This document shows positions 26,463 to 40,249 of a DNA stretch of 64,000 bases, one piece after another. Each line of letters starts with the position of its first letter. The first letter of the stretch is position 1. The stretch lies in the NCBI GenBank assembly GCA_951406725.2, contig OX597815.1, positions 185,256,001 to 185,320,000 on the forward strand, written 5' to 3'. Made by a program: the position numbers and the translations under genes. The notes below the pieces were generated by a model. The model ran no database searches. It was given only the letters and a program-made list of their open reading frames with translations, and was not told the origin of the DNA. The DNA is from Octopus vulgaris. Taxonomy: Eukaryota.

Positions 26463-26647
26463 GGTATTTTCGTCTGTCGTTACGTTCTGAGTTCAAATTC
26501 CGCCGAGGTCAACTTTGCCTTTCATCCTTTCGGGGTCGATAAATAAAGTACCAGTTTCGCACTGGGGTCGATATAATCGACTCAATCCCTTCGTCTGTCC
26601 TTGTTTGTCCCCTCTATGTTTAGCCCCTTCTGGGCAGTAAAGAAATA
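26463..26647 (+). mobile_element. SINE family A, 5'-truncated
   Basis: Matches the family A body. Confidence 0.8.
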
Positions 26648-27274
26648 TATTATATACCAATACTATCAACATCAATAACTCAATCAGATGAGAGTTGGTA
26701 GTTACTAACATCTCGTCCACCACTAAACTAGAAACAACGACAATACTACGGCATTAATTCGAGTTCCGAACGTTTGGGTGTTTTTGCCGTAATTTAAGTG
26801 CGGGGTCAGTTCTACCCCACGATCGTTCCAGGCCTGCGATAGCAAGCGTTCCATTCATAACCATCACGTTTTTAATTATATCTAAGACTACATTACTTAT
26901 GTGCCCCCCTATTTATTTATTTATTTATTTATTTGTTTATTTATTTGTTACTAAGGCGGTGCTCCAGCATGGCCGAAGTCAAATGACTGAAACAAGTAAA
27001 AGAGTAAAAGAATAAAATTCAAATGTCACCGGGGTCGGCTTTGCCTTTCGTCCCTTTTGGGGTTGATAATAAAGTACCAGTAGAGTACAGGGGTCGGTGT
27101 AACCGACTTGCCCCCTTCCCGACATTACTGGCCTTGTGCCAAATTTTGAAACCAATACCCTAAGATAGAATTTGCTGCTTCTCGCTGCTAGTCTGTTCAC
27201 ATAAACGTACCCTCATGGGTGCGAGGGGCTATTTGAATGTAAGTTCAAAATGGAGACATGTATTACATACTTTT

Positions 27275-28050
27275 CTACTCTAGGCAACAGGCCCGAAATT
27301 TTTGGGGGCGGGGGGGTCGCTTAAATCGGCCCCAGAACTTAACAGGTACTTAATTTATCGACTCCGAAAGGATGAAAGGCAAAGTCGACCTCGGCGAAAT
27401 TTGAACTCAGAACGTAAAAGATGAAATACCGATTTCCTTACAAGGGGCAAAACACAGAGAGGACAAACAAGGACAGACAAACGGATTAAGTCGATTATAT
27501 CGACCCCAGTGCGAAACTGGTACTTAATTTACTCGACCCCGAAAGGATGAAAGGCAAAGTCGACCTCGGCGAAATTTGAACTCAGAAGGTAAAAGATGAA
27601 ATACCGATTTCTTTACTACCCACAAGGGACAAAACACAGAGAGGACAAACAAGGACATACAAACGGATTAAGTCGATTATATCGACCCCAGTGCGTAACT
27701 GGTACTTATTTACTCGACCCCGAAAAGATGAATGGCAAAGTCGACCTCGGTGGAATTTGAACTCAGAACGTAACGGCAGACGAAATACCGCTAGGCATTT
27801 CGCCCGGGGTGCTACCTTTTCTGCTAGCTCGCCGCCTTTATTCTTTTCTACTCTAGGCACAAGGCCCGATATTTTGGAAGTGGCCAGTTGATTAGATCGA
27901 TCTCAGTACGCAACTGGTACTTGATTTATCGATCCAGAAAGGATGAACGGCAAAGTCGACCTCGGCGAAATTTGAACTCAGAACGTAGCGGCAGACAAAA
28001 TACCGCCAAGGATTTCGCCCGGCGTGCTAACGTTTTTGCCAGCTCGCCAC
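27275..28050 (-). mobile_element. Cluster of tandem SINE family A units
   Basis: Four GGCAAAGTCGACCTCGG body units and two heads. Confidence 0.8.
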
Positions 28051-28289
28051 CTAGGCATGTATTATATAAACCATTTCCTGGGGAACGAATCGAGTTTAAC
28101 GTTTCAAGAAAAGTTTGGATTTAAATTGCGACAGCGTGGAAAAGATGAGAGATGCAAGGTCATTCATTCAGATGAACAGTAATCTACAAATGTGACATCT
28201 ATCATTAAGCTAGGAGTTGTAGTTTGTCGGTAATATTTTTACATATTATATAAGGAAAAACAGCAACTCAGCTATCCTTTCTATTATAA

Positions 28290-28490
28290 ATACAAGACCT
28301 GGAATTTTGTAGCAGGGGATAAGTTGATTACATCGACCCCAGTGATCAACTGGCACTTATTTTATCGACCCCGAATGGATGAAAGGCGAAGTTGACACCC
28401 GATCTAGTTTGAACTCAGAATGTGAAGACTGACTACACACCGCTAAACATTGTGTTCGATGTTCTAATACTACTCCCAGCTCGCCACCTC
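28290..28490 (-). mobile_element. Old diverged SINE family A copy
   Basis: Degenerate match to the body and head. Confidence 0.65.
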
Positions 28491-28695
28491 GGCAGCAACT
28501 CGAACATGCGCATAGAACTGTAATGTACATAACACTTGCAGCATGTAGACTATTCGAGTTATGGCATGTAGCATTTTCAAATCCTTGAGAGGTGAAGGAC
28601 AAGGCTGTTTCTTTGATTTGTATAAGGATTGTATGTTTGCGCTATTGAAAGAAATGAAGTCGACATGGTCCCATTGAAGGGTATTCCTTATTTCG

Positions 28696-29078
28696 TGGAG
28701 GCGCAATGGCCCAGTGGTTAGGGCAGCGGACTCGCGATCATAGGATCGCGGTTTCGATTCCCAAACCGGGCGTTGTGAGTGTTTATTGAGCGAAAACACC
28801 TAAAGCTCTACGAGGCTCCGGCAGGGATGGTGGTGATCCCTGCTGTACTCTTTCACCACAACTTTCTCTCACTCTTACTTCCTGTTTCTATTGTACCTGT
28901 ATTTCAAGGGGCCGGCCTTGTCACTCTCTGTGTCACGCTGAATATCCCCGAGAACTACGTTAAGGGTACACGTGTCTGTGGAGTGCTCAGCCACTTACAC
29001 ATTAATTTCACGAGCAGGCTGTTCCGTTGATCGGATCAACCGGAACCCTCGTCGTCGTAACCGACGGAGTGCTTCCAC
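28696..29078 (+). mobile_element. tRNA-derived SINE family C
   Basis: GGAGGCGCAATGGCCCAGTGGTTAGGGC...GGTTTCGATTCC; TSD ATTCCTTATTT; a homologue lies at 60166-60552. Confidence 0.85.
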
Positions 29079-30017
29079 ACCAATTCCTTATTTATGAAAG
29101 CAGTGTTCGGCGTAGAGAAAATCTAGCTTGTGTTTGTACGTCTATAAACAGCAAATTAAAATAGTGATGTGAATTTATCACTCAAAGAGGAAGACACAAC
29201 TTGTGAGTGACATGCCGAAGAGATTGCCAAGTCGATCTGGCGCTAAGAAATTCATAAAAGTAATCCCAGATGAAGGAGAGAGGTGATTACCAACAGCTGT
29301 CCCTATCAGCTTTAAGATATTAAGGGTGAATGGGACAGACATGTATTGCAGGATCAGAGAGACTACTGTCTAGGGGACATGGGATATTGTGGTGTGTTAC
29401 AGCATTTTGGAAAAGATTTGCAGTGTGAGAGAAAAAGGGTTTAGAGAGAGAGGGGGGGGAGAACATGATGGCTTGATTGCGCACAGTGGTGGGATTGGTC
29501 TCTCTGTATATCTTTCTTTCTCTCTCTTTCTTTCTCTATCTGTCTCTCTCTCTCTTTCTCTCTTCTGCTTCTCTTATTCTTTTTCAGTTCTCACACTTTT
29601 GCTCCTTTCCTCTACCGTCTTTCTTATTTTCTCACCTGATATTTTGACTCCTTAATCTCTTTAATTTTCCGACCATTATGGTTAGAGTTGAAGATGAAGT
29701 GATCTTTTAAGTGATTTTCCCAGTATGGCCAAAATATTGATCTAACAATTTGTATTTGCCAAGTAATGCGTTATATTTGGTAGTCAGAATGTGCAATCGC
29801 TTCAGTTTTCATTATTTGCAATATATGAATGAATAACTGCATTTTAATTATTTGTTGCATTTCAATGAGTTGGGCCCAGTTTCTAATGAAAAAGCAACTC
29901 CCTAGTCACCATAGTCATTAATACCAAATAATTTTAGGAATGTTTGTATATTTCGACTATTTCATTATTTCTCACACGGATTGAACTTACAGAATCTTCT
30001 CTTACCTAAACCTACCT

Positions 30018-30327
30018 CAGTGGTTCCCAAACTTTTGGGGGCTGCCGACCCCTTGACATCCAGACCACATTCCTACCACCCTTCCTCCGACTGACCATCA
30101 CAGGCATAGACCTCTTTCTCAAAGAATTCAAAGCAATTGTATTATACAAATAAAACTTAACCTAATGAACCCATTATTTTGTTGCTTTTACATGAATCAC
30201 TACCCCATTATCACCCAAATTTTTACACGAATCGTTACCCCATAATCACTCCACTTTTTTTAACGCCCCCTTGGAACATTGTATCGCCCCGGGAGTGGGG
30301 CAATGCTACCCACTTTGGGAACTACTG
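30018..30327. mobile_element. hAT-type MITE
   Basis: TIRs CAGTGGTTCCCAAA / TTTGGGAACTACTG; 8-bp TSD ACCTACCT / CCCTACCT. Confidence 0.8.
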
Positions 30328-30769
30328 CCCTACCTGGTTAAAACTGTTATTTAAATACTTACTAACATAATCAGGTGAGCCAGTGGCATTGGGTACAACT
30401 GTAAACCCATAATCCTGTTTGGTATTTCGTAGATTCCGAGCTTTTAATTTTATCTTAATTTGCTTAAACTGGAGGAAGGGGAATTCCTCGTGACACTTGC
30501 AAGCCTTACAGAGACAGGTGAGTTTTATGCCGTTTAAACTATTACAAGTGAACACCTGCTGGAAAGACGTGAGGGGAGAAGAGATGTGCGAGAAACGATG
30601 TTCTGGGGGAGAAAGAAATAGTCATTGTAATGGCTGTCGTTGTCAAGAATAAATATTTTTCTTCATAATTATGAAATAAATGTGCATACCTATTGGCCAT
30701 CTATATCAGGCCTGTAATTTGCATTAGTGAGGTGTTTTGATGCATGTTCCCCCACAAATACTTGTCTGA

Positions 30770-31380
30770 GAAAAATAGCTTTGTGTTAAACTGGGCAAAA
30801 TCCCTTCAGGAACGTCTGAAATGCTTCAGACTATTTATGGATAAATTTGTATGAGCCGAACATCTGTTTTTTGCTGGTACAAGAAGTCATATAAAGCAAA
30901 TCCGCTGGGGAGCTTAAGTTGATCCCTTTTTTGGACAGTAACGGCTTCATTTACAACCACTGGGTTTCCCTGGTAAGACGGTCAACAACGAGAACTTTGT
31001 GGAGATCTTGAGAGAGTTCAGAGGAAGATTTCGTTGCAGAAGGTTAGATTGCTAGCACCAGAATAAGATACCCGTTCCCAATTTCATCCTGGTAACCAAT
31101 TACTTGATGTGAATCAAGCCTGTCCCTCACCCTCTCCAGAGTCAATACATCGCTCTCTGAAACTTTTGGTTGTTATCCAAAACTGAAGATGACGTTTACT
31201 ATGACAGGTGTTCTGAATATTTTCTCTGTTGAATGACTTCCATGGGGCCTTCAGGTTGAGGCTAAAGCGCTACAAGGAGTGCTTTGGATTTTAAAAATCC
31301 TACTTTGAAGAAAATTTTTGTACTTCATTGAAATTAATTTCTCTCTTGCAAAAGTCTCAAAACTTCTGGAGTTCACTCTT
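30770..31380 (+). mobile_element. Internally deleted, decayed mariner relic
   Basis: Fragments read KLGK, EMLQT, MSRTSVF, WYK and PHP; many frameshifts. Confidence 0.6.
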
Positions 31381-31599
31381 TATCATAATCATTCCATTCT
31401 CCGGATAGCATGGTAAGTCTTTAGCGACAAATTCACACTTCAGAAGAATAGAGTGTTTTCATAACTTATTTAGACAACTAGCCATTATATACGTAATGCA
31501 GTTATGTAGCATAATCGACATTTTCAATGGCTTGCGAGTTTAGGCATTGCAATTCTTATTTATCAGACAGATTTGTTTTTCGAATAACAGAGACTTAAC

Positions 31600-31885
31600 T
31601 CACGATTAGGGAGCAAATATTTAAGAAAAAGTGGAAGTGGATTGGTAGCACAATTAGAAAAGACACACCAAAGGTAGCGAAAAGTGCTTTACAGTGGAAG
31701 CCGGATGGATATAGAAAGAGAGGTAGGTCTAAGAACTTGTGGTGTAGATCAACACAAAAGGAACTAGAGAAAGGGGGACATTCCTGGCAGAGTATAAATA
31801 CAGAAGCGAAAAATTATGCGACATGGAATTCAATTATAAGTGGCCTATACTCCGCGTTGGAGGGTTGAAGGCAGAAAAAAAAACT
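31600..31885 (+). mobile_element. RTE-clade LINE 3' fragment
   Basis: KKKWKWIGSTIRK...ALQWKPDGYRKRGRSKNLW...WNSIISGLYSALEG* followed by an A-tract. Confidence 0.8.
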
Positions 31886-32742
31886 AACAGTCACAAATAA
31901 GTTAAATAAGTTATTTGGGGTGGGGGTGGCATAGGCATCATTTCATTCTTAAGTTTCTGGGGAAAATACCTGTGTATAATCTTATATATATTTTTACGTG
32001 ACGTACTTTTCCTTTGGGTCATTCTTTCAAGTAGTTTCGCTCAGGGAACATTTTTGGTAACCCAGTGACGTTTCAAAAATACATTTCGACAGTTGTTATT
32101 AAGGTTTCACTGGATTTTGGGAGTGGCTTTATCTCGCTCAATTATGTAACATAAACATTTAGAACATTTATGTTAACCAACTTTCATCTCTATATCAGAT
32201 AATTTTTTTTTATCAAAACTATTGATATTTCCGAAATACAATTCAAGCTTGTAAACAACGAAATTACACATTTGTTATGTTATTGCAGTCGTACGCCTTA
32301 GCATGTGGCCATCGAATGTTATACGACAATGGGTTTGGTACCAAAATAACAACACAGATAAACATTTCCTTTTGAAGTTTTGAGGAATGCAGAGCCAATA
32401 TTAGTTTTCTTATCAATCCATAGTGTCAGAATGTTTTATTAATCAGAAATTGTTTCACTCATTCCTATATTTCTTTATTTACACTTGCTCATTGACATTA
32501 CTACGTCGAACTCTCAATGCCGGATTCTCAGTTTTACCGTTGAAATAGCTTTGGTAAGGCTTGTGCATTTTGTTCAAGTAGTCTTTGAGTCTATAAATTT
32601 TTTTTCCGCATGAGTATCTTCATAATTGGGTATAAGAAGTGTGCAACATATGCCACGCTATTCTGGAAAGTTGGCTTTCAACACACACACACACATGTAC
32701 ATATACATACATATGCACACACACATACACGCACACACACGC

Positions 32743-32777
<35 letters not shown>

Positions 32778-32796
32778 GGGGGGGGTGTATGTATGT

Positions 32797-33032
32797 ATTC
32801 TTTTATTCGTTTACTTGTTTCATTTATTTGACTGCAGCTATGCTGGAGCAACGCTTTTAGTCGAACAAAATCAACCCCAGGATAGGACATATTCTTTGTA
32901 AGTCTAGTACTTATTCTATCGGTCGCTTTTGCCGAACCGCCAGGCTAAGGGTACGTAAACACACCAATATCGGCTGTCAAGCGATGGTGGGAGGACAAAC
33001 ACAGACACACAAATGCACACACAAACACGCGC

Positions 33033-33093
<61 letters not shown>

Positions 33094-33240
33094 CGACGAA
33101 GCTCTTTCAGTTTCTGTCTACTAATTCCACTCTCAACGCTTTGGTCGGCCCAAGACTATAGTAGAAGACACATCTACTCAAGATGCCACGCAGTGGGACT
33201 GAAATCGGAACCATGTGGTTGGGAAGTAAGCTTCTTACAC
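32797..33240 (-). mobile_element. SINE family B
   Basis: Family match with internal microsatellite. Confidence 0.8.
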
Positions 33241-34277
33241 ATACACACACACACACACACATGTGCTGGAAAGTTCCCCAGTTTGATTTTTCCAGCATAT
33301 TCCCCTCTCAAATTCATACACATTGCTGTGATCCTTTAGTTTTCTAAGCCCTGTAAAAGAACCCGGAAAGTTGCTCCTCCAACCAAGTCTTTAGTGATAT
33401 CCTTAAAATCAGGAACTTTTCATCACTCCGTCGTATACTTGAGCGGCCCTGCGTATAACACCATATACTAGAGACCACTAAGTCTCTATTAAGTGTCTTT
33501 TTTTTGCGCTTAGTGTACGTTCAGCATTTTACACTCTATTATTTACTATTGCTATTAATATATTAGTCATATTAGACTGGTTGTATTCTGCAATAGTGCC
33601 TTTAAATTAAATTCCTCTTTCTATGAAAAGGTTCTTTCAATAGCGATATTTCTCTACCGATATACACACTATATAATATATGGCTTTTTGTAAGCTAAAC
33701 ATTTATTCAATGCTCGGGTTTTTTTATGCTATCGCTTTTGATAAGTTTCTCTATGAAAATCTTGCATGCATACTTTAAAGCTATTAATCTCCTCCTAAGT
33801 GTTTGAAGTGTAGATTATCTGAATGCTTCCGTCTACTTTATTCGTAAGATATAGCTGCGTATAGTGAACTGTTTGCTTTCCCTTACATCTTATGATGACG
33901 TCAGTCATGGTTCGTTTTAATTTTTCTCGCTCATGTTCTAATTGAGCGCTTGTTTGAGCAAACGGTCTTTTAATAGTATCTAGGAATACACATTCAATGA
34001 ATCAGCTATCCTTTCTAATAGAAGGAGCGACAACACAGAAGTATGGCCAGTATTGTTATCCACCTCGGTGGCCTATGTGTAGTAATTTTGTTACTGTGTG
34101 CGCTGCAGGTATTTCGTATGTGTCACTTCTTAGCAAGAGCAGGTGTATACAGAACGCTATTGATTACTTCATACGTGATTTCGAATATTTTCCTGTTATT
34201 TGTAGGAATGTCACCAATAGCTTTCAACAGTGTTGGCTATTCGCATCCACTACTCATACTCGACAAAACTGTTATAC

Positions 34278-34502
34278 CTATTTCTTTACTACCCACAAGG
34301 GGCTAAACACAGAGAGGACAAACAAGGACAGATAAATGGATTAAGTCGATTACATCGACCCCAGCGCGTAACTGGTACTTAATTTATCGACCCCGAAAGG
34401 ATGAAAGGCAAAGTCGACCTCGGCGGAATTTGAACTCAGAACGTAATGGCAGACGAAATACGGCTACGCATTTCGCTCGGCGTGCTAACGTTTCTGCCAG
34501 CT
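34278..34502 (-). mobile_element. SINE family A
   Basis: Family match. Confidence 0.85.
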
Positions 34503-35058
34503 TGTCTAAATGATAATTTCAAGAGTTTAGAACTTTCTTCTTGATGTATGGTTTTTGGTTATTCTAAGTTGTGTATAATCGACAGTCATCTCTGTCAGAC
34601 CGGTTCTATACAGAGAAATATGAGTGGTCTTCTTGCTCCTGTTAAAGATAATAACAATGGAGTCGGTAGTTTGATTGCATTGTTCTCCCACGCTTCAGTG
34701 ACAGCTTGATGCTGTGTTGGAGTCTCTTGAAAAATTAAATGACACGAAGGGAAAATATTAATTGATATCTGTGACAGTCTTTTATTCAGTAATGAAACAA
34801 ACACATTTTTTAAGCTTTTTAACTACGAAATGCTTTAAGACTAGTTTCACTTTGTCCCGATAATATTTTAACAATTCCCAACATTTGATTGAAAGACCTT
34901 CATGCATTTTATTCTGACATCTAAATAGAATTAAGTTAAAGGCAGAATTTAAGTGAAATCAACAGAATACTTACGTCATTTGCGAAAACTCAGAGTATTG
35001 CTTGTACTGTTGTATTGGTTGTTGTTGTTATTGTTCTGCTTTCTTGTATTATCGTATA

Positions 35059-35453
35059 CTAGCAGTGTTGCCCGGCGTTGCTCGGGTTTGTTTTCTTTTC
35101 GATCCTTTAGAATTTGAACTTTTGAAAAGTAAAAATTTTGCATTATGTAGCTTCTTATTCTCTTTAAGTGAACATTTTTCTGGTTGAAATACACCGAAAA
35201 ATGGCGATACAGCAGTGAAAAAATTGTAGAAAATAGGGATTTTCATAGAAAAAAAAGCACCTTTTTGATGTAAATAATTTTTAGTGTTAACATGGTCCGA
35301 TTTGATTTTTTTCTTTTATGGAATAAAGAGCAAACCTTCTTCTATCATATTCTCAATTTTGGTCAACTTGCACCGCAGGTCTCAGAGGAGGTATTACTTG
35401 AAGCCTACCAAACCTGCCACACACAGACAACTTCAGCTTTATATATATATAGA
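35059..35453 (-). mobile_element. Non-autonomous Helitron, second copy
   Basis: 5' TCTATATATATATAAAG, hairpin CCCGAGCAACGCCGGG, 3' CTAG, A|T insertion site. Confidence 0.82.
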
Positions 35454-35977
35454 TTACTGATGTGTAGACGCTAAGGTCTTGAGTAAATGGCATTCCACTC
35501 ACACAGAAATCCTACGAAACAAGATTTTATTTAGATGCACTATCTGCTACAAATAGCAGTCAAATAGCATTTCAAAGTATACCCTACCAGCATAAAAATG
35601 GAAGGACAAGTTGGCTAATGCCATCCGAGATACATTATCTGCGAAACCGACGATACCCTGATTATAAATCTTGCTTCCACCGTTTATGGCTTTATTAGAG
35701 GAATAATGTATAAGTTATTACCGTTACAAAAGTGACAATAAAGCTAGAAGTCTTAAATTTAATTAGCATGCCTGACACAGAAGTTTATATCAAATCAATA
35801 TTCCTTAAATGTGTGCTAAGACAATAATAACATACATTGAGTAAGGAGCAATCAGGCATTTCAATTCGGACATATAATAAAAGCAAGGTTTTAACTCGAG
35901 TTTGTAAACTTACTGGTTTACATAGCTGTGCATAGAAGCCTCAGAATTTATACATTTCCCATCCACTTTGAATGTAT

Positions 35978-36179
35978 TGCTTGAAACATCAAGTGTAGCC
36001 CGTTGCCTATGTATAGTTGATTGCTCCTTTTCTATGCTGTTTCTTTGCTCTATATAAAATTCTATGAAATTTATCTACAATTTCACTCGGCACTTTCCCC
36101 AGTTTCAACATTTATGCGAGATTCTACTACATATATTACATTTACTTCGTGAATGTGTGTATGTATGTATATATATATA

Positions 36180-36216
<37 letters not shown>

Positions 36217-36412
36217 ATATTCTTTTATTCTTTTACTTGTTTCTGTCATTTGACTGTGGCCATGCTGGAGCACCGCCTCTAGTCGAACAAATCGATCCAA
36301 GGACATTCTTTCTAAGCCTATTACTCATTTTATCTGCCGAACTGCTAAGTTACAGGGACATAAGCACACCAACATCGGTTGTCAAGCGGTGGTGTGGGGA
36401 CAAACACAGAAC

Positions 36413-36450
<38 letters not shown>

Positions 36451-36646
36451 GTTCTGTGTTTGTCCCCACACCACCGCTTGACAACCGATGTTGGTGTGCT
36501 TATGTCCCTGTAACTTAGCAGTTCGGCAGATAAAATGAGTAATAGGCTTAGAAAGAATGTCCTTGGATCGATTTGTTCGACTAGAGGCGGTGCTCCAGCA
36601 TGGCCACAGTCAAATGACAGAAACAAGTAAAAGAATAAAAGAATAT

Positions 36647-36689
<43 letters not shown>

Positions 36690-36893
36690 TATATATATAT
36701 ACATACATACACACATTCACGAAGTAAATGTAATATATGTAGTAGAATCTCACATAAATGTTGAAACTGGGGAAAGTGCCGAGCGAAATTGTAGATAAAT
36801 TTCATAGAATTTTATATAGAGCAAAGAAACAGCATAGAAAAGGAGCAATCAACTCTATACATAGGCAACGGGCTACACTTGATGTTTCAAGCA
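35978..36893. repeat. Near-perfect palindrome of about 915 bp (inverted duplication) centred on (AT)n
   Basis: The arms are reverse complements apart from two substitutions, a 2-bp indel and microsatellite length. The interrupted SINE B resumes at 36935-37104. Confidence 0.92.
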
Positions 36894-36937
<44 letters not shown>

Positions 36938-37143
36938 CTGGCTTCTTTCAGTTTCCATCTACCAAATCTGCTCACAACGCTTTGCTCGGCCCAAGGCTAT
37001 AGTAGAAGACACTTGCCTTCTACTAAGGTGCCACGCCGTGGGACTGAACCTGGAACCATGTGGTTGGGAAGCAAGTTACTAACCACACAGCCACTCCTGC
37101 GCCCACATATATATCTTTACACACGTACACGTATACACACACG

Positions 37144-37227
<84 letters not shown>

Positions 37228-37996
37228 GTAAGACCTAAAAATAACAGGTCTTATTTTTCTCTTATCTTTACTTTCAATCTGATGTTAATGTTTCGTTTTA
37301 TTATTTCCAGTCTTATTAACTATTTCATAATGAGACTCGGCCTCTGCTAATATTTCCCCATCAATATTATACTACTGCATAATATACTCACCTCATCTCT
37401 TTTGTTGTATCTACATATTGTTCTGAAACTTTTTGCGATAGAGCAGGCATATTTCATCTGCCTCATTGTTTTTAAGATATCCACTCGCGTATAAACACTT
37501 TTGATATATTTCTGTGTGTAGTCGTATTACAGCATATAAACGATAAAGCATTAGGTTAGTTTCTGACATGCACGATTTCGTGCAAGTCAACTTTGAACGT
37601 TTTCTGTATTGAGAGTGGAATACGCATGGTTTGAATGTATAATTGATGATTATGCTCTCTAGACATAAAATGGCGTGTAGTACCAGTAACTTTCAATTGA
37701 AATGTCTTGAAGAATATTACAATCATAACGTTTATATAATAAATTCATCATTTTAGATATTAATCGTGGTGCATATTTCTTCTACCAGCAGTGTATGGAA
37801 TCATTTTAATGGCGAAGTTTATCTTGTTCACACACCAGCGCTCAGTGCGGTAGTAATATCCAGGTTTGAATTTCCGTGTGAATTGTCAATCCCATTACTC
37901 CATGGTTTATCCCGATGGAAATGCTTGTCTCTTGCTTATAAAATAGAACTGGCACCAACTATAATCGCCTTTGTAATATCTAATGTTTAAAGAATG

Positions 37997-38400
37997 CGGC
38001 GAGCTGGCAGAGGCGTTAGCATGCCGGGCGAAATACTTAGCGGTATTTCGTCTGCAGTTTCGTTCTGAGTTCAAATTCCGCCGAGGTCGACTTTGCCTTT
38101 CATCCTTTTGGGATCGATTAAATAAGTACCAGTTACGCACTGGGGTCGATATAATCGACTTAATCCGTTTGTCTGTCCTTGTTTGTCCCCTCTGTGTTTA
38201 GCCTCTTGTGGGTAGTAAAGAAATAGTTATTTCGTCTGCCGTTACGTTCTGAGTTCAAATTCCACCGAGGTCGACTTTGCCTATCAGGCTTCCGATGTCG
38301 ATAGAGTAAGTACAATTAAGTACCAGTTGCGTACTGCGGTCGATCTAATCGACTGGTCCCTCCTCATATATTTCAGGCTTTGTGTCTAGAGTAGAAAAGA
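37997..38400 (+). mobile_element. SINE family A dimer
   Basis: Head plus two body units. Confidence 0.8.
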
Positions 38401-38751
38401 ATATCTAATTTTAAAAACTAAAACAGGTGACATTGATTTAGGTTACTTCGTCGATATTCAAAGAGATCCTTCTAATTGGAAAAGAATTAATGAGAAATCA
38501 TCCTTTCTTATTGAGATGGAATACGATAGAAGTTTTTCAGATTATATCCAAACAAGTATTCTGTATAAGAACACATCCATTTCAACGATTTCGATATTAT
38601 GAAACAGGATGTTGTTCTCCCAAACAATTTCTTTATAAACGAAGTCGACATCAATAAAAGGGTAGAACGAGGCCACACCCTATGGTAGAAATAATGTAGC
38701 TCCAAGGTCATGCTTACTGCTATTCTTACCAACCTAACTGCAGCGGTTTTC

Positions 38752-39055
38752 CGGAATTTGAACTCAAAACGTAAAGACAGATGACATACCGCTAAACATT
38801 TCGCCCGGCGTGCTAACGTTTCTTATTTCTTTATTGCTCACAAGGGGCTAAACAAAGAGAGGGCAAACAAGGACAGACAAACGGATTAAGTCGATTATAT
38901 CGACTCCAGTGCGTAACTGGTACTTAATTTATCGACCCCCGAGAGGATGAAATGCAAAGTCGACCTCGGCGGAATTTGAACTTGGAACGTAACGGCAGAC
39001 GAAATACCGCTAAGCATTTCGTCCGGCGTGATAACGTTTCTGCCAGCTCGCCACC
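38752..39055 (-). mobile_element. SINE family A
   Basis: Head, body and a partial second unit. Confidence 0.8.
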
Positions 39056-39919
39056 TTAGATATTACAAATGCGATTATAAGTTGGTGCCAGTCCTATTTT
39101 ATAAGCAAGAGACAAGCATTTCTATCAGGATAAACAGATGTAAAATTTGCAGCAGATATTACGATATCCCATATCTGTTATCATTGTTATCACCAAAGAC
39201 ACACTGGAAGAGCAGTCTATTAAGACGTTATGTGTTGCTTTAATGATCTTTCCTTGGGATTCAGATAGAGAGTAATCGTATCATTATTTAGCTGCAAGAT
39301 ATTTCCCTCCTGTTTCTTCGACTAGAAGACGTCACATCACATATCCATACGAGCATTTAGGAGATTTTCATTTTTTGCTTAATCAAAGAATTCACTTCGC
39401 TAATATTCTTAATATGTGATTGCACACATCTAATATCACTCAACTGGCTGCCAACGCACATCCTATCAGATCTACTGACTGCAGGGAAAAGAGATTTCAA
39501 TTTCAACGCGTCTTTAATTAATTTTTAATCACTCTTATTACCGATTATCTGATCATCGACAACCTTTTGTCTGCTAATGTATTTTATATTCGCAATGTTA
39601 CTATTGCATCTTGTCAAAGTGAATTTCGCTTTTGTGTCAGCGTCAGCGTATGAAGCTACGTAAACCCTTTTGCTCATGGATGATCTAGTGGGGAAAATGA
39701 TTTTCGTGTCGAACAACTTCAAGCTTTTATCTATCTTTTATATGAAAATGAGAGTTAATCCCATATGTATAGTCATAATATGATTCCATCAAAATTTCCG
39801 TATTTTCTCCTTATGTGATAAAATAATTATGTCACTAATCATATCGCTAATATATATAAGGTTAGCTGAGTTAGAGGTTAAAGTAACCGCCTAAGGGATA
39901 GGAGCATCCATTACACTGC

Positions 39920-40138
39920 CGGCGAGCTGGTAGAAACGTTAGCACGCCGGGCGAAATGCTTAGCGGTATTTCGTCTGCCGTTACGTTGTGAGTTCAAATT
40001 CCGTCGCGGTCGACTTTGCCTTTCATCCTTTCGGGGTCGATAAATTAAGTACCAGTTACGCACTGGGGTCGATGTAATCGACTTAATCCGTTTGTCTGTC
40101 CTTGTTTGTCCCCTCTGTGGGTAATAAAGAAATAGGTA
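39920..40138 (+). mobile_element. SINE family A
   Basis: Family match. Confidence 0.85.
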
Positions 40139-40249
40139 TATTATCTATGTTTAACCATGGTCATACATATGCAAGCATATTATGCTCATAAATTATAGGT
40201 AAAGACAAGGATGAACATGAGTTTGTCAAGAATCAAAATGTAAAGAAGA

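Noticed and set aside
28696-28775. Possible tRNA genes at SINE heads (also 1170-1245, 44680-44745, 48780-48850)
   Set aside because: They continue into SINE bodies and lack a clean cloverleaf or terminator.
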